The notes beneath the pieces are model-generated. The model did no database searches and was not told the origin of the DNA. It was given only the letters and a program-made list of their open reading frames with translations. A DNA stretch of 27,521 nt from a bacterium. GTDB lineage: Bacteria; Eisenbacteria; RBG-16-71-46. This document shows, in pieces, positions 9,395 through 18,608 of this stretch (the first letter of the stretch is position 1; every line of letters starts with the position of its first letter). The stretch covers positions 1 through 27,521 of the forward strand of contig JAYWEM010000039.1 of NCBI GenBank assembly GCA_043779265.1. Reading direction: 5' to 3'. The translations under genes were made by a program, and so were the position numbers.

Positions 9395-10093
9395 TCAGCA
9401 GTGCACGATGAAAGCCTCACCGTGGAAGCCGTACCTCGCGTAGCTCTCGAGATTCAGGTGTGGGTGGGCTCCGAGCCAGGCGCGAGTGGCTGCCCGCTCG
9501 CCATGGTTCCAACTGGCGTCGAACGCGTTCCAATCGTCGAACATCAGGATCGTGCCCTGGTGCAGATGCGGCGTGACGAACTCCAGCACCTGCCGGGCCG
9601 ACTCATGGAGATCGACATCCACATGGACGACGCTGGCCGTGAGGCCCTTGAAGTGCGAGCGGTCGAATGCAGGTAGAGAGGTCTCGAAGAATCCGGGAAC
9701 GCATGTGATGCGCGCCTCGTCCCACACACCGTGGGCCGTGAGTTTGCGCTCGACATCCGCTAGCGAAAACGCGAACTGGCCGGCTTCGAACTGCTTCGAA
9801 CCTTCATCGGGCCCGCTCAGTGCCGGAAGCCCTTCGAAGGAGTCGAACAGGAAGTAGTGCGCGATACCCTCGGGATTGTCCCGCCCATGGGCGCGGAGCG
9901 CGGCGACTGCCGAACGGCCGGCGCCGACCCCGAACTCGAGGTAGTGACCCACCGAGCGTGACTCCCGAACGAAGAACGACACGAGGGAGTGGACATCGAT
10001 CCGCCCGGTGACGCAGCGCAGCGACGGCCACTCGGTCGCGTAGGGAAGCGGGTCGAGTTCATCGACACGCCTGTAACGTGGCGGCCAGGACAT
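9395..10093 (-). CDS. TylF/MycF/NovP-related class I SAM-dependent O-methyltransferase
   Basis: 'YLEFGVGAGRS', 'LFDSFEGLP', 'GFFETSLP', 'HVDVDLHES', 'GTILMFDDW'. Confidence 0.88.
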   Translation of the reverse strand: MSWPPRYRRVDELDPLPYATEWPSLRCVTGRIDVHSLVSFFVRESRSVGHYLEFGVGAGRSAVAALRAHGRDNPEGIAHYFLFDSFEGLPALSGPDEGSKQFEAGQFAFSLADVERKLTAHGVWDEARITCVPGFFETSLPAFDRSHFKGLTASVVHVDVDLHESARQVLEFVTPHLHQGTILMFDDWNAFDASWNHGERAATRAWLGAHPHLNLESYARYGFHGEAFIVHC

Positions 10094-10103
10094 ATCGCGC
10101 CGA

Positions 10104-10616
10104 TCAGGCAGCGCGCGAGCTGCGTGCCGGGACGGGAGAGCGCCGGGGCGGGTACGTCTCGCGCATGTACTTCTCGCCCGCGCGCGTCAGCTCCCATCCG
10201 TTCTCATTGCATGTGAACATCGGACGTTCGTCCTGCTTCACGAAGCGAAGGGTATTGGAGGGTGTGGTCGGCAGGGTGAGGCCCAACTGCAGCGCCCGAT
10301 CCTTGATGTCCTTCACACTCACCGGGGCCGCGCCTCGTTCCTGATAGAGCTGTGCCGCGCAGAAGAGGACGTTGTCACCCGGCGTCATGCCCCGTTGGCC
10401 GCGGACGATGCGTGCGCGCGGGGTGGAAGTGACCGCCGCAGTGACCGCCCTGGCGCTGGTCCGGCCGGCCGCATCGGAAGCGACCATCTCGAGGCAGAGC
10501 CTCAGCACCTTGGCGACGGAGGAGCGCGTCGAGGGATCCAACTTGGAGATCATTCGGGTCAGTTCGTCGAGCGGCGCTCGGGCGCCGGACGCTGTCTTCA
10601 GTGGCTTCTCCGCCAT
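10104..10616 (-). CDS. Hypothetical protein, possible C-terminal winged-helix domain
   Basis: GAGGGG RBS-like sequence upstream; coding-like codon use; ends 'PSNTLRF...NGWELTRAGEKYM'; ends 10 bp upstream of the methyltransferase start. Confidence 0.65.
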   Translation of the reverse strand: MAEKPLKTASGARAPLDELTRMISKLDPSTRSSVAKVLRLCLEMVASDAAGRTSARAVTAAVTSTPRARIVRGQRGMTPGDNVLFCAAQLYQERGAAPVSVKDIKDRALQLGLTLPTTPSNTLRFVKQDERPMFTCNENGWELTRAGEKYMRETYPPRRSPVPARSSRAA

Positions 10617-10840
10617 GTGTCCCCCTCACAGGGCCCGATTCTCGGCCGCATGCCGAGAACTCGACCTCCTTCGTTATCGGTGAGGCTCCGTCGTGACTTG
10701 ATGCAGGTCTCCGTAGCATTCCAAGAGCATTCGACTTGCATCCCGCTGGCGTCGGCCCGTCGCTTGTCCGATAGTCGTCGGTCCCTGCGACTGGGCGGCG
10801 TGGATGGAGTGCGCGGACAACTTGTGAAACCGGAGGAGTG

Positions 10841-11407
10841 ATGACCCGACGACGCCTCGTGACCGGCGTGCTGTTCCTCACGGCGGTCGTGGTGCTCGGC
10901 TGGACCTACGTGCAGAACCTCGTCCCTGCGGTGCATCCCGAGCACGACCACGGCCTCGAGAACATCGCCGGCGGCGGCTTCCTTCGGGTGGAGTCCGTCG
11001 AAGGCGGGCGCCGGAACCTCGTGGGCCGCCCGAAGGGCGTGTTGGTCCTGCATTGGTTCGCACTCGGAGCAGAACTGACTCGCGCCGAGGTCCCCTTGCT
11101 CGTCGACTACATGCGCTCGGCGGAGGCCGATTCCGGGATCGACGTGGTGATGATCGTCGTCGGCAGCACGCGCAAGCAGGTGCTCGCCTGGGCGAAGGAG
11201 TTCGCGGTCCCGACGAAGAGTCTCTACGTGGACCCTGCCAAGAAGACCGCGCGCCTCATGGGTGTGCACAAGACCCCCGAGACACTGATCTACGACTCGG
11301 CGGGTCATCTCGTGCATCAGGCTCGGGGCCCGATCGATTGGAGCGACGCCGACACGAGGAAGGCCATCGCCGCCAACAAGCAGGGCGGGGGCGAGCACCG
11401 ACACTGA
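10841..11407 (+). CDS. Membrane-anchored TlpA/ResA-like thioredoxin-fold protein lacking CxxC
   Basis: N-terminal TM; 'GVLVLHWFA...RAEVP', 'YVDP...ARLMGVHKTPETLIYDSAG', 'GPIDW'; GGAGG RBS. Confidence 0.8.
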   Translation: MTRRRLVTGVLFLTAVVVLGWTYVQNLVPAVHPEHDHGLENIAGGGFLRVESVEGGRRNLVGRPKGVLVLHWFALGAELTRAEVPLLVDYMRSAEADSGIDVVMIVVGSTRKQVLAWAKEFAVPTKSLYVDPAKKTARLMGVHKTPETLIYDSAGHLVHQARGPIDWSDADTRKAIAANKQGGGEHRH

Positions 11408-11429
11408 ATCGGTCCGCGAAGGGCAAAGT

Positions 11430-11459
11430 GAAGGCCGCCTCCGTGAGGAGGCGGCCTTC
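11430..11459. terminator. Probable bidirectional intrinsic terminator
   Basis: Perfect 13-bp stem gaaggccgcctcc-GTGA-ggaggcggccttc between convergent genes, with short T-rich flanks. Confidence 0.8.
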
Positions 11460-11481
11460 CTTCGTTGCGACCGCGAACGAC

Positions 11482-12210
11482 TCAGCGATAGCTGGTCTTG
11501 ATCTGGCCCCAAGTGCGCGACGCCGTCGGCACCGGGCGGTCGTTCGTCATCAGAACGCGCCACGCGGTGACGTAACCGAGATCCCCGCCCGCCCAGTCAC
11601 CCGCACTGAGGACGAAACAGCCGCCCTTCGGGAGCCCGGCGAATACGGCCAATGGCGTGTTCGACTTGTAGCATCCCGTCGGCACCGTGGCCGGATTGAC
11701 GCCATCCGAGATCTGCGCCGGGGCATCGGACGAGAAGATGTAGGGCACATGACCACTCGGTGCGGTACCTGCAGCCCCGAGATTGCCAGACGCACCGAAC
11801 CCTGTGCCCGTGCCGCAAGGAGCGGGGACCAAAGCGTTGGTGCCACGCGGACGGCACAGCAACGTGGCCGAGGCGAGAGGAGTCGAACTGCCGCACAGGA
11901 CGTAGTCCACCTTCATGATCAAGTCACCGACCCACGTGTGGGCCATCGTCGCCTCGACCATCACATCGAGGAGCACGTCTCCATCATTCGGCGTCGGGAT
12001 CGTCCCGATAACGGCAAATGCCTGGCCGTTGTCAGCGATGTTGACAGGCGCGGAGAAGATCTGGCTCTCGACCTTGTAACCATTCTGGTCACACGTCGGG
12101 TTCGCGAGCTCCGCTGAGCTCTCCGGGCCGGCGACCTTGTTGGCGAACGCCGTGCCGGCGAGGCACAGGCTCAGGGCGACGAGGGAGAACATTCCGTAGC
12201 GAGACTTCAT
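11482..12210 (-). CDS. Secreted proprotein-convertase P-domain-like protein with C-terminal TWGQIKTSYR tail
   Basis: AAGGAGG RBS; signal peptide ending AFA; 'AHTWVGDLIM', 'LAVFAG...G.FVL...DWAGGDLGYVTAWRV'. Confidence 0.8.
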   Translation of the reverse strand: MKSRYGMFSLVALSLCLAGTAFANKVAGPESSAELANPTCDQNGYKVESQIFSAPVNIADNGQAFAVIGTIPTPNDGDVLLDVMVEATMAHTWVGDLIMKVDYVLCGSSTPLASATLLCRPRGTNALVPAPCGTGTGFGASGNLGAAGTAPSGHVPYIFSSDAPAQISDGVNPATVPTGCYKSNTPLAVFAGLPKGGCFVLSAGDWAGGDLGYVTAWRVLMTNDRPVPTASRTWGQIKTSYR

Positions 12211-12468
12211 CTGGGGCCTCCTTGGAGGGGAAGAACTTCTTGCCGTCCGCACATCAAGGCGTCCGGCCAAAGAAAGTGGAACGTCCATGCCGACAGTCGC
12301 GCTTGCAGCCGTGACCGTGGCTTATCGAGTTACTATCACAGGTTGGTCATGTGAAAGAGAAGTTTCGTGCATGCGGCTCTAAGCGTGAGCCATTCAAAAT
12401 TGCCTGACTAAGCGAAGTTTCCCCACACGAAACAGGACCCTGGCCCCAGCACGACACAATCCGAGGGG

Positions 12469-15342
12469 CTAGGCTGTGCCATCAAGCACATCTCGGACCT
12501 TTCGCGCGAGTGCCTCGGGACCGAACGGCTTGGACAGAAAATGTAGACCGTCCGGAATCTGCCCCTGCAGATTGTCCTGCCCGTAGCCGGAGACGTAGAG
12601 CACCTTGAGCGATGGGCGTCTCGCGAGAAGTAGTTGGGCCAGATCGCGGCCGCGCAGCCCCGGCATGATGACGTCCGTCAGCAGCAGATCGAGGCTGTCT
12701 CGCAACCGTTCGGCCACCTCAAGCGCCTCGGCCCCGTCACTCGCGGTGTGCACGGTGTAGCCGCGCTCGCGCAACACGCGTTCGCTGATCGCCCGGATCG
12801 CAGGTTCATCCTCCGCGATCAGGATCGTCTCACTTCCGCCGGGTGCCGGCGCGGTGGCTTCGGCCACAACCTGCCTCGGGGACTCGCTCTCCACTGCGGG
12901 CAGGTGGACGTGGAATGTGGAGCCGCTGCCCTCAGCGCTCTCCACCCGGATGTAGCCTCCAGCCTGCTTCACGATGCCATAGCAGGTGGACAGCCCGAGT
13001 CCGGTTCCCTCGCCGGGCGGCTTGGTCGTGAAGAAGGGTTCGAAGATGCGGGCTTGGATCGCACTCGACATCCCGACCCCCGTGTCCGCGACCGAAAGCA
13101 CGACGTAGCGACCTGCCGCGGCCCCCGGCTCCCGGGACACCGCCTCAGGTGTGATCCGTGCGTCAGTCAGGGAGATGGTCACACGACCGCCAGCCGGCAT
13201 CGCATCACGAGCGTTGACGACCAGATTCAGTAACACCTGCTCCAGTTAGCCTGGGTCGATCCGCACACAGGAGATCTCGCCGATCCGGGTGTCGAGCTGA
13301 ACGTGCTCGTCTATGAGACGTCGCAACATGCGCTGGCTGCGGGTCACCAGGTCGCCGGGATGGATCAGCTTGGGCTCGACGATCTCCCGGCGTGCGAAGG
13401 CGAGCAGCTGCCGCGTGAGGTCCGCGGCGCGCTCTGCCGCCAGCTCGATCTGCTCGATATCCGAATGCGCGGCATGTCCGGAGGCCAGCGCCTTGCGCGC
13501 GAGCAGGGCGTGGCCGCTGACGACGGTGAGCAAGTTATTGAAGTCATGCGCCACGCCGCCCGCCAACTGGCCGACGGCTTCGAGTTTCTGGACCTGCCGC
13601 AACTGGGCTTCCAGGGCCCGCCGCTCGGTGATATCCAGGATGACAGTGATGAAGTAGCGCGGCTGCTTCGAGGCATCACGCAGGAGTCGTGTCGTGACCT
13701 GCCCCCACACGATCTCCCCCGTCGGTCGGATGTAGCGCTTCTCCCAACTGCCCGAATCGAGATCGCCCTCGATGAGTTCCCTGATCCTCTGGCGATCCTC
13801 TGTGATGTGCTCGGGATGCGTGACCTCGCTCAGGCTCAGCTGCATCACCTCATCGCGGGATCGACCGAGAATGTCGCAGAGTCGTTGGTTCACGCGGATG
13901 AACTTGCCATCGGTCGACAGGTGGCACATTCCCACCGCCGCCTGTTCGAACGTCGAGCGGAATCGTTGCTCGCTGTCGATCAGGGCGACACGAGCCCGCT
14001 CGAGCGCCTCCAGATGCTGGCGCAGCGCTTCGCCCATCTGCTCGATCGTACCGCCGAGGTCTCGGACCTCTCGCAGCGCCGTGGGGGGAGACGGTTGCGG
14101 ATCCAACTCCAGGGCTCCGATTCGCTTGCTGCGAGCGAGAAGTGCGGTCAGCGGCTTCGACATCTGTCCCGAGATGACGAACGCGCTGATGATGCCCATG
14201 AAGAGTGCGAGAATCGAGAGTCCGAGGATGATGAGGGGGTCATGACGCGTCGTAGCCAGCAGGTCCGTTTCGGGGACCGAGACGCCGATCCACAGACATC
14301 GACCCGGTCCCAGTGCGAATCGGTGGAAGCTCCCCCAATAGTCATTACCCACGGCGCGGAATCGGAAGGGTGGAGTCCCGCTCCTATCGTGAACTCTCCA
14401 CTGTTACATCCATGCAGCCAATTCGGGATCACCGATCTCCTCCAGCGGCTTGAGCAGCGCCTCCTGCCGCTCGAGTTCTGTTCGAAGCTCCTCGGACTCA
14501 GGCAGTCCGACGACGAGCCCGGAGTCGCTGATGATGAACACGCGACCGTCGGGCGTCGGGTGCTGCAATCGGACGAACGCACTCAGATCATCGAGCAGCA
14601 GGTCGTAGGCCACGACGACCACATCACCCGAGGGCTCACGTGCGGCGATGGATGCCGAGATCCCGGGCGTCTTGCTGGTGAACAGGGTGTAGACATCCGT
14701 CCACGCGACGAGGCTCTCACGATCCTCGAGGTTCCCGGTCGACTCGAATTCGTTGCGACGCGCCAAGGCGCGCAGGAGCCACTCGCGCTTCCTGGGGTCG
14801 TACCCGGGAAGCACCTGCTCCCAGGACTGTTGGACACGCACTCCGCTGGGCTCCCAAAGTGTCCAGACGCTTCGCTCACCCCACACCGAAGCACGGAACT
14901 CGCGTGTGAAGTACTGCGGCGCTTCGCGCGAAGGCCCGGGCAGATCCGTTCGGCCCGCCATGAGCGGCGAGCGTGTGACCAGCGAGTCGTATCGCATCAC
15001 AAGGAGCTGATAGCCACTCGTATCGCCGACCATCATCGAGCCCACGGCGTGCATGTTGTACGCGTACGGAAGGAATGCGTTCTTGAGCCTCGGCGTGTCG
15101 TAGCGCTGAAGCAGGCCCATCTCGATCTGCCGGTGGTGCACGATCAGACGCTGGCTGATGCTCCCGAACAGTAGCCGCAGCTCCGCGTCGGCGTGCATCT
15201 GCGCTCGGCCGAGGATCTTGGGGGCGAGATCTCGGACCAGCCGGTCCCGCTGGATCAGCGAAAGGCTAAGAAGCACGATCGTGATGAACACGACAATCGC
15301 GCCGAAGGCGAGGAGGAGCGCCCGTCGGATGGAGATGGTCAT
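12469..15342 (-). pseudogene. Hybrid sensor histidine kinase (TM-periplasmic sensor-TM-HAMP-PAS-HisKA-HATPase-REC) interrupted by two in-frame TAA codons
   Basis: The three track ORFs (14404-15378, 13246-14352, 12469-13236) are all in one frame, with TAA at 14404-14406 and 13246-13248. Motifs: [62 protein letters not shown]. Confidence 0.85.
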
Positions 15343-15379
15343 TGCGGCCATTCTGCACCTCGCCCGGAGTCGCGACAAG

Positions 15380-15608
15380 AGTGCTCGAACTCGGCCGCAC
15401 GCTCAAGCGCAGTTCGCTTCCCAGCTACTTCACGCTCGGCGTCCTCGCCGGGGGGGACGATCGCGGGTTCTTCTGCCTGTACACGATCGGTCCCGACGAC
15501 CTTGTGATCCTCTGCAGCAACGCCCATTCGCGTCCTGGCGACAGGGCGTCAGCGGTCGGACACGCGCTTGCCGAAATGGTCATGAGAGGGGCGAAGCGGT
15601 CGCAGTGA
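15380..15608 (+). pseudogene. Possible 3' remnant of a lost gene (resembles the C-terminus of a serine hydrolase/beta-lactamase)
   Basis: High-GC3, coding-like codons; 'AGGDDRGFFCLYTIGPDDLVILCSNA'; no credible 5' portion. Confidence 0.35.
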
Positions 15609-15632
15609 TCTGGCGCACGCGCGCGAGCTCCC

Positions 15633-16871
15633 TCACGGATCACTTCCCGCCGTTCGCAGCAGCGGACTGCGTGAATTGCCGAGCTCGATCGGAAGCGCCA
15701 CACGAACGAGAACCGTGAAGACGAAAACCCCCATCGCCCAGATCCCCGCTGTGACCAGGTACTCGACCCAGGTCGGGGAGTACTCGACGATCTCCCCGAG
15801 GGGAGAAGGAATGAAACCGGGGATCACGAGTCCGATGCCCTTCTCCATCCAGATCGCGACGAACAGCAGCAGACATGCGCCCATGAGCACCCGTGGCCTG
15901 CGGCGAAGCGGATGGAGTGTCAGGGCGGCCGTGGCCAGCAGGTTCAGCCCGATCGAAGTCCACATCCACGGTACGAGGCGCGTGTGGCCGTGGAGTCCGA
16001 AGAAGAGATAGTGGGCCCCTTGGCCATGGTGGGTCGGGAAGTAGAACTCCTTGAAGGCCTCCGAGGCGAGCATCACGAGATTGATCTGCGCCGCCACCGC
16101 CGTGATCATGGCCAGCTTGGAGAGCGCTGCGTCCTCGATGGCATATCGCGTGCGCGTGCGGATGAAGTAGAGCGTCAGGATCATGAACGCCGGGCCGGCC
16201 GCAAATGCTGAAGCGAGAAAACGTGGTCCGAGCAGCGAACTGTTCCAGAACGGGCGCGCCGGCAGGCCGGCGAGCAGGAACGCCGTCACCATGTGGATGC
16301 TCACCGCCCAGAAGACCGAGAGATACACGAACGGCAGGTAGTAGCGCGGGTTCGGTTTGCGATCCGAATAGTGCGAGTAGAGCACGTAGAGCGGGATCGA
16401 CAGGTTCAGCAGCAGGTAGCCGTTCAGCACGAGAACATCCCAGGCGAGCAGTGAGCGCGGGAAGTTCAGATGCCCGATGCCCGGCATCAAGTGCCAGGCA
16501 TTGAACGGACTGCCGAGATCGGCGATCACGAAGGCTAGGCACATCACGATCGCCGACACCGCGACACCCTCGGCAATCAGAACGGCGCGCTCGAAGTGCA
16601 CGTCCTTGAGCACATACGACGGGAGCACGAGCATGACAGCGGCCGCTGCCAACCCGACGAGGAACGTGAAGTTGGAGATGTAGAGACCCCAACTGACGTG
16701 GTCGTTCATCCCCGTCACCGCAAGCCCATCGCGCAACTGCACGCTGTAGGCGTATGCCCCCAGGAGCATGACGAGCGTCAACCCCCCCATCCACAGATGG
16801 TAGGTGCGGCCGCCTGAGGTGGCGGCATCGAGGGCGTTGACGAGGAACGGCTTCAAGTGTCGTGGGATCAT
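15633..16871 (-). CDS. NrfD/PsrC/DsrP-family membrane quinol oxidase subunit
   Basis: 'GLAVTGMNDHVSWGLYISNFTFLVGLAA', 'ADLGSP', 'SLLAWD', 'SIHMVTAF', 'PRFLASAF', 'EYSPTWVE'; many TM helices. Confidence 0.9.
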   Translation of the reverse strand: MIPRHLKPFLVNALDAATSGGRTYHLWMGGLTLVMLLGAYAYSVQLRDGLAVTGMNDHVSWGLYISNFTFLVGLAAAAVMLVLPSYVLKDVHFERAVLIAEGVAVSAIVMCLAFVIADLGSPFNAWHLMPGIGHLNFPRSLLAWDVLVLNGYLLLNLSIPLYVLYSHYSDRKPNPRYYLPFVYLSVFWAVSIHMVTAFLLAGLPARPFWNSSLLGPRFLASAFAAGPAFMILTLYFIRTRTRYAIEDAALSKLAMITAVAAQINLVMLASEAFKEFYFPTHHGQGAHYLFFGLHGHTRLVPWMWTSIGLNLLATAALTLHPLRRRPRVLMGACLLLFVAIWMEKGIGLVIPGFIPSPLGEIVEYSPTWVEYLVTAGIWAMGVFVFTVLVRVALPIELGNSRSPLLRTAGSDP

Positions 16872-16875
16872 CGCC

Positions 16876-17943
16876 TCAGTCCATGAAGTACCAGAAGCGG
16901 GGTTCGGTTCCGAGATCTTCCTTGAGGCGGAAGACGCGCTTGTTCGCAAGCACCCAGCGGATGTCGCTGTTCGGATCGAGCAGGTTGCCGAACACGCGGG
17001 CTCCCGTCGGGCACGCTTCGGCGCACGCGGGAAGTCGGCCCTCGCGCGTGCGATGGATGCAGAACGTGCACTTCTCGACCGCGCCCTTGCGTCGCGCCCG
17101 GTTGCCCAGGTAATGCTGATTCGGATTCAACTGGCTCGCGGGAACGTCCGGCTCACTCCAGTTGAAGCGACGTGCCCAGTAGGGACAGGCGGCGACGCAG
17201 TAGCGGCAGCCGATGCACCAGTCGTAGTCCACGACCACGATGCCGTCGGGTTCCTGCCACGTCGCTCCCACCGGACACACGTCGACGCACGGCGGATTCG
17301 CGCATTGGAAGCACTGGGTGCCGAGGTAGAAGTGTCCCTCGGCAGGCACTTCATGCTGGTACTCGGCGGAGGCGTTCTCGAAGTTCACCTCGCCGTTCTC
17401 CATCTCGAAGATGCGGATGTATTGAGTGCCGCTGTCCCGATCGAGGTTGTTCTCCTCGATGCACGCCTTCACACACTCGCGATAGCCCTGGCACTTGGAG
17501 ATGTTGAAGGCGTAGCCGTACATCGTGTTCGGCTGCGCAGGCGTCCCCTTGATCTGCACAGTGACGTCCTTCTTGAGTTCGGCGAGACGCTCGAGCCGTT
17601 CGATCGTCTCCGCCTTCTCGACGTCACTCATCAGTCGGAAGTTGCCCTTGAGTTTCTCCTGCCATTCGAGCAGCAGCTTCTCCCCGGAGTCCGGATCCAC
17701 GACGGATCGCGCGCAAGAGCTGAGCGTACCCACGGCGAGTGCCGCTGCACCGGCCAGCAGCCCCAGTGCACCGCGACGGCCCATCGGCTTGTCGAGGATG
17801 CTGTGCTGTCCATCGCTCGGCGCGCGCGTGAGTGATTCGAGTGGCACGAAGCCGTCGGGGCCCCTCTGAGGCATCCCTTCGGGCCCCGGAGGCGACATGC
17901 GGAGGAACTCCGCTTTCGTCGGGGCGCGTTCCTCGTCCTGCAC
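16876..17943 (-). CDS. NrfC/DsrO/DmsB-family polyferredoxin with Tat signal
   Basis: 'MGRRGALGLL'; CQGYRECVKAC, CFQCANPPCVDVCP, CIGCRYCVAACP, KCTFC...PACAEACP; AAGGAG RBS before GTG. Confidence 0.92.
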   Translation of the reverse strand: MQDEERAPTKAEFLRMSPPGPEGMPQRGPDGFVPLESLTRAPSDGQHSILDKPMGRRGALGLLAGAAALAVGTLSSCARSVVDPDSGEKLLLEWQEKLKGNFRLMSDVEKAETIERLERLAELKKDVTVQIKGTPAQPNTMYGYAFNISKCQGYRECVKACIEENNLDRDSGTQYIRIFEMENGEVNFENASAEYQHEVPAEGHFYLGTQCFQCANPPCVDVCPVGATWQEPDGIVVVDYDWCIGCRYCVAACPYWARRFNWSEPDVPASQLNPNQHYLGNRARRKGAVEKCTFCIHRTREGRLPACAEACPTGARVFGNLLDPNSDIRWVLANKRVFRLKEDLGTEPRFWYFMD

Positions 17944-17957
17944 GTAGGACTCCTTGC

Positions 17958-18608
17958 TCAGTGCCCGGAGGCGGGTGGGTGATCGGAGGAGGGGCGTTGA
18001 CCCGCGGGGAGCTTGGCCAGCGGTGTCGAGCGCGAGAGCTTCGGGAACTCGACCGGCATTCGCTTGATCGTGGCGGGTGCATGGGCGTCATGGCAGGCCG
18101 TGCAACTCATGTCGACTCGCTCACCGCGCCACGAACTGAGGCGCTTGCCGTGAGCGCCGGCCGCCCAGTCCTCCGCCTGCTGGAAGTGGCACTGGCGGCA
18201 AAGATGGAACGCCTCATCGAGCGACACCGTGCCGCCGTCCTGGAGACGGAACCGCTCGAAGTCACGCGGGTCATGACACGTCGCGCAGTCCGAAGCGAGC
18301 GCGGCGGGATGCGTCGGGATGATCGCCTCGTGGGCCCGACGTCGGCCCCCCGATGGGCGTGCAGGTCCCGGGGAACCGTGACACGAGGAACAGGGAGCGT
18401 GCTTCAGATGCGGTGTCCGACGCTCCACGGAGAAGGAGGTACCGCCGGGTCCGTGGATGCCCGCCGCCTCGATGGACGGAACAGTCACGAGCGCACGCGG
18501 CATCTCGGCGTCCGTCTCGAGTGACTGCGGCGGCGATGCGGGTCCTACAGCATCGCGGCATCCGGCCAGGAGCAGGAGCGCGGAGAGAAGCGCGAGTGGT
18601 CGGCTCAT
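17958..18608 (-). CDS. Tetraheme cytochrome c lipoprotein
   Basis: Lipobox LLAG-C; CSSCH, CATCH, CRQCH, CTACH. Confidence 0.9.
   Translation of the reverse strand: MSRPLALLSALLLLAGCRDAVGPASPPQSLETDAEMPRALVTVPSIEAAGIHGPGGTSFSVERRTPHLKHAPCSSCHGSPGPARPSGGRRRAHEAIIPTHPAALASDCATCHDPRDFERFRLQDGGTVSLDEAFHLCRQCHFQQAEDWAAGAHGKRLSSWRGERVDMSCTACHDAHAPATIKRMPVEFPKLSRSTPLAKLPAGQRPSSDHPPASGH

Noticed and set aside
12276..12293. Sigma-54-like promoter (CGGCATGGACGTTCCA, minus strand)
   Set aside because: The -12 element reads TTCC rather than TTGC; too weak to call.
13303..15174. 623-aa + strand ORF
   Set aside because: Antisense shadow of the histidine kinase frame.
12469..15378. Three separate genes (sensor, PAS-HisKA, HATPase-REC)
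   Set aside because: All lie in one frame and the breaks fall inside domains, including within DPG(Q)LEQV.
15633..17943. dsrOP / dissimilatory sulfur metabolism
   Set aside because: Family-level resemblance only; no dsrMKJ or dsrAB in the window, and the genes are coupled to napAB.
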